A DNA stretch of 64,000 nucleotides from Macrostomum lignano. Its lineage: Eukaryota. The translations under genes and the position numbers were made by a program. The stretch spans positions 62,001 through 126,000 of the forward strand of contig NIVC01000301.1 in NCBI GenBank assembly GCA_002269645.1, written 5' to 3'. This document shows, piece after piece, positions 24,912-37,288 of the stretch. Position 1 is the first letter of the stretch. Each line of letters begins with the position of its first letter. Below the pieces are notes generated by a model. That model saw only the letters and a list, made by a program, of their open reading frames with translations. It made no database searches and was not told where the DNA came from.

Positions 24912-25643
24912 TCAAAGATCCGACATGAAGTAAACAGGCTGGTTGAAGACGGGAACTTTGAATCTTTCTGCGCGCGACGGACATTCTGTTGAACCAAGAA
25001 ACTCCACCCGGTACTGGCCGCTGAAGAGGCTGCGGGTGCACTCCTCTGTGATGGCGTGCGGCGGACCCGCGTACTTGCTGCGGTCGTAATCGGCCAGCTC
25101 CATCAGCCAGGCGTGCTTGGCTTCGCACAGCTCTCTCACACGGCTGACGTACTTCGCACGGTCAGGGACGTCTATGGCTACAAGGGCTGCCCTGTCCCAC
25201 ACAAGCTGACACGACGACTTCAGCTCGGTCAGCAAGCTGTCTGAGAACAGGTCTCCCAGGTAGAACTTCAGCCTGCCGTCCGAGCTCTCCCAGCACTCGA
25301 CGCCGGGACCCACTGATCGACGACGCGACGGGTCGTCGCCGAGCTGCGGGTTCTCCGACAGCAGACGCTGCAGGGCCAGCTCGCTGATCTCGATGCCGCA
25401 CACGGACGACACTTCGGGCCGGGCCAGCAGCCACGCCAGGTCTCGGGACGCTCCGCACAGCGGCACCAGCACCGACACGGCGTCTCTCTTGTCCTCAGGC
25501 AGCTGCGACACAGCGTAAGACCAAAACTCAACCAGACTACCGGTTACTTCCTCTTGATGGAATCCGGTGGCGCCACGTTCCCAACGACCCTGCCAATCGT
25601 CTGGACTGACGGCATTTGATTCGAGAGGCTGGCTATCTGTCAT
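24912..25643 (-). CDS. TPMT: Thiopurine S-methyltransferase-like protein, intact and intronless (243 aa)
   Basis: W..RWE.G.TGFHQEEV, VLVPLCGASRDLAWL, GIEIS, FYLGDLF, WDRAALVAI, AGPPHAI. ATG taken at 25643. Confidence 0.9.
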   Translation of the reverse strand: MTDSQPLESNAVSPDDWQGRWERGATGFHQEEVTGSLVEFWSYAVSQLPEDKRDAVSVLVPLCGASRDLAWLLARPEVSSVCGIEISELALQRLLSENPQLGDDPSRRRSVGPGVECWESSDGRLKFYLGDLFSDSLLTELKSSCQLVWDRAALVAIDVPDRAKYVSRVRELCEAKHAWLMELADYDRSKYAGPPHAITEECTRSLFSGQYRVEFLGSTECPSRAERFKVPVFNQPVYFMSDL

Positions 25644-26357
25644 AGTTGATCTGCAAGTTTGGTCATTTTCACTTTGCAATTCTTTACTAATCAAACAGTT
25701 CGTGGCACTGACGCATAAGCTATAGGAGCAGGGCTGCAGGAGACAGATAGGACAATGAAAAGCAGGCACACTAAATCTGAAGCTGTAGTTTTAGTGTTAG
25801 GTATCAGTTATCTAGATACTGATGAAAAGAACCTACACTAAAAGTGCGCGATATTTTTTTAATCTAAAGCTGAATGTTGTTGGTAAATCAACTTTTAACA
25901 GAACAAGGTCAGTTTCATTCAAAGTCAGCGGCAAGGAGTTAAGAGATTAAACACATTTTTTCATAATGAAAATCAAAGACTGCATAGTGAATTCAAGACA
26001 CGAGCTCTTAAAGTCACGTGCGTTTCTAATTAAAAATGCACGAATAAAAAATTGTCTGCTAATAAATCAGGCCTCAGCTCTAATGCGCGAAATGTGCTGG
26101 CAATAAGCACGCATGCTCATGGAGTGAGATGGGTTTCAAATACATGAACTCGATGGCAACGGAGAAGATAAACTAACGATTGACAAGACTTATCACCAAA
26201 TGAAATCATATTGCTTATTAGTCAGAGAAGACACAAACTGAAGTATTCAGGAAATCAATAGAAATCAGGAATTATGGGAATGCCGCACTGAATTTCAAAG
26301 TCAAAGACGATTACGTGATAAGCAGAGTGGTACTCCGAATCGCCATGATCCAGATAG

Positions 26358-27094
26358 CTAATGGCTGGACAGAATGTACACCATCTGCCAGTACTGGGAC
26401 AGCTTGAAGAACGTGGCCTGCCTGGGATTCTGCGCCCTCTCCACCAGCTGAACCGTGTAAGCTTCGGCGAAAATTCTGTGCACGCACTCTTCAAAGGTGG
26501 CATGCGGCGGACCACCGTACTCACAGCGGTCGTACTTAACCATCTCAATCAGCTACACGTGCTGCGTCTCGCACATGGCCCTCAGACTGCTGATATACAT
26601 GTACCTGTCTCTGTCGGGAACATCGACAGCCACCATCGATCGATCCCACACCAGCTGGCACGACGACTTCAGCTCGGTCAGCAAGCTGTCTGAGAACAGG
26701 TCTCCCAGGTAGAACTTCAGCCTGCCGTCCGAGCTCTCCCAGCACTCGACGCCGGGACCAGTGGTCGACGACGCGACGGGTCGTCGCCGATCTGCGGGTT
26801 CTCCGACAGCAGGCGCTGCAGGGCCAGCTCGCTGATCTCGATGCCGCACACGGACGACACCTCGGGCCGGGCCAGCAGCCACGCCAGATCTCGGGACGCT
26901 CCACACAGCGGCACCAGCACCGACACGGCGTCTCTCTTGCCCTCAGGCAGCTGCGATACCGCCTGAGACCACCACTTTACCAAGGCAGGAGTGACAACCT
27001 CCTGGTGGAAGCCAATCTGACCCTCAGCCCAGATTTGGTCTTTCCAATTGTCTAGACTGGTGGAACGAGAATCCATGGCACTTTGATCACTCAT
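26358..27094 (-). pseudogene. TPMT: Second TPMT-like copy with a frameshift and a nonsense codon
   Basis: Colinear with copy 1. One base missing at about 26758-26760; TAG at 26553-26555 at the position of a Trp in copy 1; the tail YDRCEYGGPPHA is retained. Confidence 0.8.
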
Positions 27095-28415
27095 CTTATT
27101 GCTGAAATTTTCAGCATGTTATTTTCAAATAACATTTTCAATAGAAATGCTATTTTGTATCATCAAAATCTTGCAGCTAATGACAATTTAGTGCAACCTT
27201 CACATTTATTTGATTGTTAAAGTGAACTTGATTCATAACTGTAGCATACACATGCGTGACCACCCCCTGCCCAGCCTACCCAAACCCCCTTATTCCTTCA
27301 CATCCTGCACAGGCGCCTAATGGGAGCACTTGAGCAAGCATTTCAGCACACAAACACAAGGATCTATCCTCTCTGAGCAGCGAGACCACTGACAGCTGCA
27401 AACACAAAGATCAACGCCAACTTAGGAGAGAGTGCACTTCACAATCACATCACCATCCTGGGCTACGAGACAAGCACACAGATGTATGCTAAAGGTTAGA
27501 CTGTAGCCCAAAACTGCACAACTGTTGGAGTGACTTAGGACCTGCATCTTTACATAAGACTTGCAACTGTTATTGGTGGTTGTCTCTCCTTAGACAGAGG
27601 CCAAAAAAATCAAAGGGGAACCAAGCAAATTTTCACCAAAATATAGCAGCCACACTCTATACCCCCTACCCCCTTTAGAATCTTTAAGAATCCACCTTCT
27701 CCCTTCAAAAAAAGTTCTAGTTGTACTACTAGGCTAAATAGTATTAAAACTCTACTATTTAGGACCACTTGTTACAATATAATAGCTACTACAACAAAAG
27801 CCACCCAAACTTCATTAAGGCTTCTAAACCAAACTTAAACATAGAACTAACAAGCATAAAAATGGTACAAGCCAATAACTCTAAGTATTATAGGGTTATA
27901 GGCATGCTCTTTACTGCTTTTTGTACTTTGAATAGTACATTTCTCTTTTTGTATTTGATGTAAGTTGATGGTCATCTTTCTATTATAAGTTTGTCTACTA
28001 TAAAATATTAAATACAAGGCCAATAATGACTAATATATATATTATATTACAAAGAAATATATTAAAGTGAATAGGCTGTTGTTAGAATGATTTACCACTG
28101 GTACAATAGTAGCTTCAATGCCCAAGTGGCAAGACATTGCTAACTATGAATTATATTTTCTAACGTGAGATTAGGCCTTATCTATGATTAAAAGGTTCTT
28201 GGCTTTCTTTATAGAATTATAGTTTAATTACAATTTAAGAATATCTCATTTTGATTTGTCTAAACAGCATATCTATATTTCTTAGGGACTTCTCTTTTAA
28301 TTGGCACTAGGCAAATCTGCCTTTTTCTTGCTTTACAATATGCTTTATTCTATTAAGCACTTTTTTATTGGCAAAAATATTTTTTTGCCAAAAATCTTTT
28401 GAGTGAACATTTAAG

Positions 28416-30093
28416 CCAGGTTGCGGATGGTATGCATGTACGCCGGAACTTTTCCGGCGTACAAAATGGCCACCCTCAGTCCTTGGCGTACACAATCGGC
28501 GTACACAACCCTTGGCGCACTTTGTTGGCGTACACTATTGGCGTACACAAGTAACACAGCCACGCATACTTTTTTGGCGTACAAATTTTGGTGAATCAAT
28601 TCATGCCATGCATGAAAATTGTAATGTAAATTAATGTTTTTACGTAAAGTAAAGGAAAATTTATATCGTCAGTGATAAACTTTTTGCTTATTTTAAGTTA
28701 AAAAAATAAAATTAGTGTAAAATTTTGCTGAAAGTATTAACTTTGCATTAAATTTTTTGTAGGTGTTATTTAAGTTTGTTTAAACTGACAATATTCGTAA
28801 TATTTTAAAGACACTTTTCATACGAAAGCCTTTCCTAGAAAACTCTACTCGTGAAAACCGAGTGACCCTTTTTTAGGAATTTTTGGTGTACATTTTAGTG
28901 CATGTAGTGAGTCGCTAGTTTAGTTAGGCGCCGCACTAGTCAGCTGTTGCCCTCGCCTTCTCCCCAGGTTTCTGTCTGCCGCTGGGCAGTTGCCTGTCCC
29001 TCCCGCTTGTCCCCTGGCCTGTCCTCTGCTCGTTTGTCTGTCTGTCTGTTTGTCCTCGTTTGCCCCCTTTTGTCTCGTTTTCCCTTTTTGCAGTGCCCAG
29101 ACAGCTTGGTCTGGCCTGCCTCTGTTTCGTTCTCTGTCAGGCATCTCCAAATTTGGAGTGCCTTTCTGTTTTCCGGTCCCACGGTCACGAGTGCCTTCAC
29201 TTGTGGGCCGTTTCCCCTTGTCATGTGAGTCAGTCACATGACAAGGCCCTCTTCCTTCTTTAGTCCAAAGTGCAATGATTTCATCATTGTACGCTGGGCT
29301 CGTGTTTATGGGGAGATCACGTGCGCCCGGACCCCCCTTGCCTCCTCTGAGGCAGGGCCCGCTTGTTTGTTGCTAAAAATAGCAACAGAGTCACTTATGA
29401 CTCTCAGCGGGGGCCTTTCGTGCTATGGTGCAATCGATCCTCCCTATAAATGCGGCCCCTCTCATGGCTTGGCTCAGACAAGCGTTCCTCGCGTTCCTAG
29501 CTTTCCAAGCTTTCCTAGCGTTCCTTCCGTTTCGTTTCTAGCGAACTCTAAGTTGTGTGCCAAGTTGACGCTTAAGTTGAACTCCAAGACTCCCGACTTT
29601 GCGCGTGACTGCCTCTGATTGTTCCTGCTAGCAATTAGCAGGCCAGCTCGGATCGCCCGAAGCTAGCACTTTCGCTCTCACCCCGCACCAGCCCGGCAGG
29701 GACTGCTGACGGTGGGCACCTCTGCGCGAGAACTGCTAAATCTGCACGAAGTGCGAGTCTCCTTCTCTCGTCTTAGTTATTTGCTTCTACGAGCTCAGCA
29801 CCTCACCGAAGGCTGCGACTCTGCGAAGCTGGTGGCAGCACTACCAACGCTACTAGATCAACCCGGAGACTTCCCAGGAGAGCTCAAGGTAGGCAGCTCA
29901 AGCAACTACACTTCACTGGTGGCAGCGGTGGGATTCCAAGACCTACGGCTAGGCCACCCGAGACAAAATAAGAGACCACCAACAACGAGAACTGTACTTC
30001 ATGCAACTTTTTGTTTTTGGCGTACACTGGCGTACAAAGTCCTTGACGCCCGAATTTTTTCCGGCGTACACGGGTACATGATCCGCACACTGG
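28416..30093. mobile_element. Non-autonomous hAT-like DNA transposon
   Basis: 8-bp TSD CATTTAAG at 28408-28415 and 30094-30101; imperfect TIRs CCAGGTTGCGGAT / CCAGTGTGCGGAT; GGCGTACA subterminal repeats at both ends. Confidence 0.75.
28903..30001 (+). mobile_element. Probable solo LTR nested in the hAT-like element
   Basis: TG...CA ends (TGTAGT...ACTTCA); 4-bp TSD TGCA at 28899-28902 and 30002-30005; internal CTATAAAT near 29445; GC-richer than flanks; no coding domain. Confidence 0.55.
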
Positions 30094-31738
30094 CATTTAA
30101 GCATTTTGCCAAAAATTTTTTTGCTTTATAATCATTGCTTTTAGGCAAATAACTAAGAAAACAAAAAAATCATATGATTTTATTTTGTAAACCAAAAAGG
30201 TTAAAACTAGCCCTAGCCTAGGTAAAATAAAAAACAAGTTTTTTGCTCCTTTCATTTCTATATTTATATAAGCTTTAGGTGGTAAAGTGGCTTTTTATAA
30301 GATTGCACCTAGTCAGCTAATTTATAAAATATTGCATAGAAAAAACTTTGTGCTTAAAGTAAACAAACAATATAATAAAACCAATCTTAAGTGAATAACA
30401 TTTGGCTTTGGCAAGAATTTAGACTTAGTTAGTTATTAATTTTAATATATAAAAACTTAATAATTTTTAGCCTTATAATAAGCCTTAATATGTCTATTTT
30501 GGATATTATCTCCTTTTACAAATTAATATATCAGACTTAGTGCATAATGAATGAGCAGATACTAGAATTTATGTAGACCACATATTGATAATGACCACAT
30601 TGAAAATTGAAATTGTTGTTGCTATGGCTATATTGTGTACTTGCCATCTGGTAGGCCTAAGATTAAGGTATTGAGAAAAAAATAATTAAAGTGCATTGGA
30701 TTTTTGGACTTAAAGACATTATTAGTTATTAGATTAGAATGTCTTGCTTTGACGCGCAGTTCTTGACTGAACACGGGTGGAAACACTTAAAAACACTAAA
30801 GTACATATTTGCCTTTTATCTGCTCTAAAATTCAAAAAGTTTAAGCATCCAACTAATAAATTTTTTATTTCGATAACTTAAATGTTCGTTTGGTTTAATT
30901 TTTTAAATAATAATGGCTTTTTTGTTTCTCTTTTCTTATTGAAAAAATTCAAACATTTGTCATTTCTACGAAACTGACAAAATTAAATAAATAGCTGCTA
31001 GGACTCTCCGGGCATCCACATGCAGCGTCAGCCGTCGTCGCCCATTTCGCCAAAAATAGGGCATAGGACACGGCCCAGTTCCGCGGTCTGCAAGAATGGA
31101 CTTAGAGAATTAAAGCAAACATACATGTTATTTTACTTGTTTGAATTATGTATGAGTGACTTAAGCCATAAGGGCATAGTTCTAGTTTACTTCGTTATAT
31201 TCCAACCCCCTACCCTTGAATAGAGGTCAAAATAACTTAACGCAGTAAACTAGAACTATACCGACTTAAGAGTTATGTAAAGTGGCATGCTATATATCTT
31301 TGTATACATATATATATATCGAAAAAACAATTAATAGTAGCAATGCAAATCAATCTTGGTGAGCAATGCAAAGCAATGCACTTTACAACCTTTAAAGAAA
31401 GGTTGCATTTTTTAATCAGAACAATATGGAATTGATCTAAGTACATATGACTTGGCCAAAAATTGCAAATGCAGCCTATTTCATTCAAATTTATTATAAT
31501 TAATATTTTTAAGAAATATTGCATTGGATTAAAATTACATTTAGTAATATTTCACATCTAAAATTTTTATTACATTTTAATAATATGATATATACATATA
31601 ATATATAGCTTATGCTGCATGTTATTTTACATATTATTTGCACATTATCTTATTTTTTCCTATTTTCCACACGTTATTTTTCTGTTTTTAGTCAATTAAA
31701 AACATATAATATTAAGGTGAATATATTTTTATATTATA

Positions 31739-32723
31739 TGAGGGGTGTCCCAAAAGTTGGTGCACTTTCTTCACTACAGTCTTTTTTGACTAATCAGAAA
31801 TATTAAGTCTTTTGCAGTTGAAAAGAGAATTATCTGCCTGTTAAAATGACTTTCTGTTTATTTCTGTATCTGCTGGCATTCTTAAGATATGAGCACTTTT
31901 CTGCCTACCCCCTGTGCTACTTTTACAAATTGCTGTAGACCAAAGCTTTGTACCTGATGCATGAAACAACTAAACATTCAACGAATCAACAAAACATCTG
32001 CAACATGAAAGCTAAGGAAAGAACAGTCAAAAGTTAATCAACATTGTCCTAAGGCTTCTTTACATAGTCACCACTGGGTGCGTTGCACACTTCTGCCATT
32101 GGCTGTGCATGTTGTCAATGTCATCAATCAGCAAAATCTGAGTGTGGCATCTCATGAAAAAGAACTTGGCAAGTGCTTCCAGGCTCCCACGACAAGCAAA
32201 GATTTGTCTATGCAGTAGCTTTTTCCTCTTTGGAAAGAAGGCAAAGTCAGCTATTGAGAAATCCAGAGAGTAAGGTGGCAGTGAGAGCAGCACAAAATTT
32301 GCCTGCTCAATTGTCTCCTCCAATTTCTTGGCCATGTGGGACGTGCATTGTCAACATGCATAGACGATGGCAGAAGTGTGCAGCGCAGTGGTGATTATGT
32401 GGAGAAGCCTCAGGACAATGTTGATTGACTTTTAAATGTTCTTTCCTCAGCTTTCATGTTGCGGATGTTTTGTTGATTCATTGAATGCTTTGTCATTTCG
32501 TGCATCAGGTACAAAGCTTTGGTTATGGCAATTTGTAAAAGTAGCACAGGGGGTGGGGCAGAAAAGTGCTCATATCTCAAGAATGCCAGCAGATACAGAA
32601 ATAAACAGAAAGTCATTTTAATGGGCAGATAATTCTCTTTTCAACTGCAAAAGACTTAATATTTCTGATTAGTCAGAAAAGACTATAGTGAAGAAAGTGC
32701 ACTGACTTTTGGGATATCCCTCG
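31739..32723. mobile_element. Mariner-derived element with ~380-bp inverted arms, both copies of the 3' end
   Basis: TA flanks (31737-38, 32724-25); mariner-type TA(C/T)GAGGG...CAAAAGT termini; arms 31739-32120 and 32346-32723. The spacer encodes LPPYSLDFSIADFAFFPKRK (degenerate YSPDL motif, - strand); both arms encode WQKC...DY. Confidence 0.85.
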
Positions 32724-33134
32724 TATTATAATTTAGTACTTTTTATTTGTTTAGGGCCTACTATTGTAATAAAGAGTTATTGGACTCTTTTTAGGCAATG
32801 CCTAAAAATTCTTGCATGTCATACCATAGTTTGGAAGGCAACATATATGCAGGGATTTCCCGGTATACAACAAGGGTACTTGCAATTTTTCAGCATATAT
32901 TAGCATATATCTTAGCATACATAACACAGCAGAAACATTGTATCAATGATACATTTTTTTAGTTTTAGCATACAAATGAGGTCTCTTAATTTTTCTGGCA
33001 TTGGACCTGGCATATACTAATATACAATCCAAACTATAAATGTCATAGTGGCATTAACAATAGTGCACACCAAAAGTTTTTGTTAATATCAAAAAATCTT
33101 AATGGCCTCTTGTGCATATTACTAGTACATATAG

Positions 33135-33542
33135 CAGGGGTTGGCAAACTCTGGCCTATAGGCCAGATGGCAGATGTGACCTGCAAAGCCTCTCTATCTA
33201 GCCTTGGGGTCTTTTGAAATTTCACAATTGCAATCTGGCCTACTCAAGGTTTGTGTTTCTTCTTAGTTATCTTCTCACCTCTCTTCTTATCTTTCCTGTC
33301 TTCCTCTCCTTTCCTCTTATCTCCTCTCATCTCTTTTCTTATCTCTTATTTCCTCTCTCTTCTCTCTCCTCTTCTTTCTCCTCTCTTCTCTTTTCTATTT
33401 TATTGCCTCTTCTCTCTTATCCTTCATTCATTAGCTGCTCCTTTTTCTTATTTCTCTTCCCTATTCTCTCTTTTCCTCTGGCCTGCAGTCATGCACTGGG
33501 TTATCCATCTGGCCCTTGAGGTAAAAAGTTTGCCAAGCCTTG
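33135..33542. mobile_element. hAT-Charlie-type MITE with an internal CT microsatellite
   Basis: TIRs CAGGGGTTGGCAAACT / CAAGGCTTGGCAAACT, each followed by GGCCAGAT; 8-bp TSD ACATATAG / ATATATAG. Confidence 0.7.
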
Positions 33543-34825
33543 ATATATAGCATTTGACTATTTAGGCCCTTTTTGCAGAATTCTCCCTATAAAATAGCTT
33601 TTTAAAGAGTATAGGCTATGGCTAATGGCTATATAGTAAAGTATAGCATTGCTTTGTATGATGTCTGACATATATAAAAGTACCATATTAGGATCCATTT
33701 TTAAGACATAATAAACTTGTGCATAAGTTGTATATAAAATATTAATATTGTGGCAAAGTTGCATGTCTAATGAAAAGCATAATTAAGAATTAAGTGCTAT
33801 TATTTTTGTTATGCAACATGTTTCACCTCTAAAACATGCAATTTGCCATGCAATTTGCCATGCCAAGTATGTTGTATAACAAAAAATGATAATGCTCACG
33901 TTCTTAATAAAATAATAAAATAACTGTCTTATATAGCATATATATATATGTAATAGTAGTTTTAGGACTCTATTTTGAGTCCTAAACTGGGTCCTAAAAA
34001 TACTAAGTTTTTTTTCTTTTTTGAGTCCTAAAAATACCTAAATTTTTCAGTATTTTTAAACATACTATATTCCAATAATCCAACATTCCCATTTTTAGTT
34101 TAGAGCCAAAAAATTACTTTCATTATTATAAGTTGGTCTATGGTGGTATTTATGATAGAGGCATAAATAAAAATTTTGTTAATATAGTGAATTTAAAAAA
34201 AGTACATAGTTTCAATTGTTTGATTGCAGCTACTTTATATTTATGATGCCATGGAACAGTCTGAAAAAATAAAAGCCAGAATGTTCCAACAGGAGTTTAT
34301 ATAGGAATTGAACTTACTATATTCATAATGTATAATTTGTTATAGAAATTTCTAGAATTACAGTGTATGCTAATACAATAGCCCACAGAGTCCCAATAAG
34401 AGGAAAATTAAAAAATTCAAACAAATGATGCAATTTAGCCATATTTAGCTGAGCAAATTGCTGCTGTTACTAATGAGACTTGCCTATAGGAAACTGGTAG
34501 AACCATATGCTTCCATGTAACAATGGAAGCTAATAATGCTAATTGGATGACAAAGCATTTAGCCTTAATTACACAGTTATAGTTACTCACGCCGTTTACC
34601 CGAAGTTCAAAAGTCAAAAAAAGTCTCGTGGCCAGTGTTAAAATCAGGGGGGTTGCGCATGTATGGTTCTTTTGTATTATCTTTAAAAATGTGCAATTTA
34701 TCTAACATTTAGTGGCAATGATAGGCAAATATATTGATTTTTTGCCTTTAATCAAACAGCTGTTAAGTAAATTAAACTTAGTTATTATTTCTGTGTGTGC
34801 ATCTCTGATATTTGCTTTGACATTC

Positions 34826-37288
34826 ATGGCGGGCCGCACAATGAAGGAGCTCCTGTCACTGACGGTGCTGAGCCAGTCTGGCGCCCAGTTCGTGCACGAA
34901 TTCCCCTCGGACACTGAGCTCTCTGTGGTCGCCGACCGGGCCCAGGCCGCCCTGGCCGCCAGCAGAGGCGTCCTGCTCGGCCAGCCGATCCAGCTGCTGC
35001 ACGTCCGCACTGGCCGGCGACTGGCGCCCTGCCTCAGCCTGACTGCTGCGGCCGTGCGGCCCGGCGACGAGCTGCTCCTGCTGCCCCCGCCGCCGCCGCC
35101 GCCGTCGCCTCCGGCCCGAACGCCCTCTCCGGAAGCGTCTTTCCGGTCGCTGCTGTTCGGCGTCGGCGAAGGCGGCGCAGCCTCGGCTATTGAATTCGCC
35201 CGCGATGCTTCCACGTCAACAGACGAGCCGCTGCTGCGCCAGTCGCCCTCGGCTTCTGCGTCTCCAGCCGCCGAGAGACGGCACGGCAGCCACGTGAATC
35301 TGGAGGACATCGAGGCCGCCACCCGACACCTGGAACCCCGGTCGCCGCCGCCGCCGCCCCCAGCAACGCCCCCAGCAACGCAGTCCCCGTCGCGCAATTC
35401 CCAGGACTCCTCGGGTCCGCAGCGAATCACCGGGCAGGCTTTCTCGCGCGCCCTGGCGCCAACTTTGGTGACGCTGATTGACACCTGCCAGCGATTGCTG
35501 TGCACTCATCCGGATGCTGAGAAGCTGATGCAGCTGGTCCGGTCGGGCAGCTCAGCGCCTGCTGCGCCGCGCCCGGCGCCGGACCTGCAGTTGGTGCGCC
35601 AGCTGGCCGAGATGGGCTTCCCCGAGGAGCAGGCGAAGCGCGCGCTGGCCCTGGCGCACAACAGCCTGGCTGACGCCACCGACTGCCTGCTGGCTGGCGA
35701 GTCGGCTCTGGCCGCGGCGGAGGCGCCCCAGCCAGCTGCTCAAGCCGAGTCTGAGTCCGCCAGCCAGGCTGGTATGGCGGGAGTGAAGTTGGGGCTGAGT
35801 CACTGTCATGGTCATGTTGAGTAGGATCTGGGATATTGTCAGTGTCATGTTGAGTAGGATCTGGGATATTGTCAATGTCATGTTGAGTAGGATCTGGGAT
35901 ATTGTCAATGTCATGTTGAGTAGGATCTGGGATATTGTCAATGTCATGTTGAGTAGGATCTGGGATATTGTCAATGTCATGTTGAGTAGGATCTGGGATA
36001 TTGTCAATGTCATGTTGAGTAGGATCTGGGATATTGTCAATGTCATGTTGAGTAGGATCTGGGATATTGTCAATGTCATGTTGAGTAGGATCTGGGATAT
36101 TGTCAATGTCATGTTGAGTAGGATCTGGGATATTGTCAATGTCATGTTGAGTAGGATCTGGGATATTGTCAATGTCATGTTGAGTAGGATCTGGGATATT
36201 GTCAATGTCATGTTGAGTAGGATCTGGGATATTGTCAATGTCATGTTGAGTAGGATCTGGGATATTGTCAATGTCATGTTGAGTAGGATCTGGGATATTG
36301 TCAATGTCATGTTGAGTAGGATCTGGGATATTGTCAATGTCATGTTGAGTAGGATCTGGGATATTGTCAATGTCATGTTGAGTAGGATCTGGGATATTGT
36401 CAGTGTCATGTTGAGTAGGATCTGGGATATTGTCAATGTCATGTTGAGTAGGATCTGGGATATTGTCAATGTCAGCGACCTCGCAGCATCAGGATCTGCG
36501 AGGTCGCTGATGCCATACTGAGGATCTGGGAGGTCGCTAATGCCATACTGAGGATCTGCGAGGTCGCTGATGCCATACTGAGGATCTGGGGGGGGAGGTC
36601 GCTAATGCCATACTGAGGATCTGGGAGGTCGCTAATGCCATACTGAGGATCTGGGAGGTCGCTAATGCCATACTGAGGATCTGGGAGGTCGCCAATGCCA
36701 TACTGAGGATCTGGGAGGTCGCCAATGCCATACTGAGGATCTGGGAGGTCGCCAATGTCACCCTGAGACAACCCAACCCCAACCATTACAGCTGACCGCG
36801 GCTTCGTGGAGCCGCTGTCGGTGCCGGGCATGCTGGAGCTGTTCCGGCAGTACAGCCGGGCCCAGTTCCGGCCCAGCCAGGCCACCCGGCTCCGCTTGCT
36901 GGACATGGGCTTCGACGAGCCAGGCGTCACGGACGCTCTTCGCTTGCACAACAATGATGAAGCCCAGGCGCTGGAGACCCTGCTGAGCGGTCAGGCCAGT
37001 CAGCATCTGCAGGAGAGCGCGGAGCTGCGGCAGCAGGGGGACGACGCCCTGACAGGCCTGGACCCGGAGTCGCCGCTGTACAAGGCGCTGATGGAGAATC
37101 CTTCGGTGCAGCTGGCCATGTGCCAGCCGGTCACCCTGCTGGCCTTCCTCAGCATCTTGGACAACCCGCTGACCCTCAACAGCTGGCAGAATCAGCTGCC
37201 GGGATTTCAGTCGCTGATTCGAACCATAGCGTCTCTCTACTATGAGCACTCCGCTGGCGGGGAGGGGCCGCACCTGCTCATCTCTTGA
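34826..37288 (+). CDS. UBAC1: Ubiquitin-associated domain-containing protein 1 (KPC2), 2 exons
   Basis: Exons 34826-35771 and 36792-37288 (phase 1). UBL N-terminus, LVTLIDTCQRLL..HPDA, UBA1 QLAEMGFPEEQAKRAL, UBA2 LLDMGFDE...DALR, GLDPESPLYKALMENPSVQL...LAF. Confidence 0.9.
35800..36762. repeat. Intronic 33-bp array followed by a related 30-bp array
   Basis: TGTCATGTTGAGTAGGATCTGGGATATTGTCAA (about 20 copies), then TGCCATACTGAGGATCTGGGAGGTCGCTAA. Confidence 0.95.

Noticed and set aside
27315-27500. Possible Penelope GIY-YIG remnant (SALHNHITILGYE)
   Set aside because: Too short and degenerate to support without a profile search.
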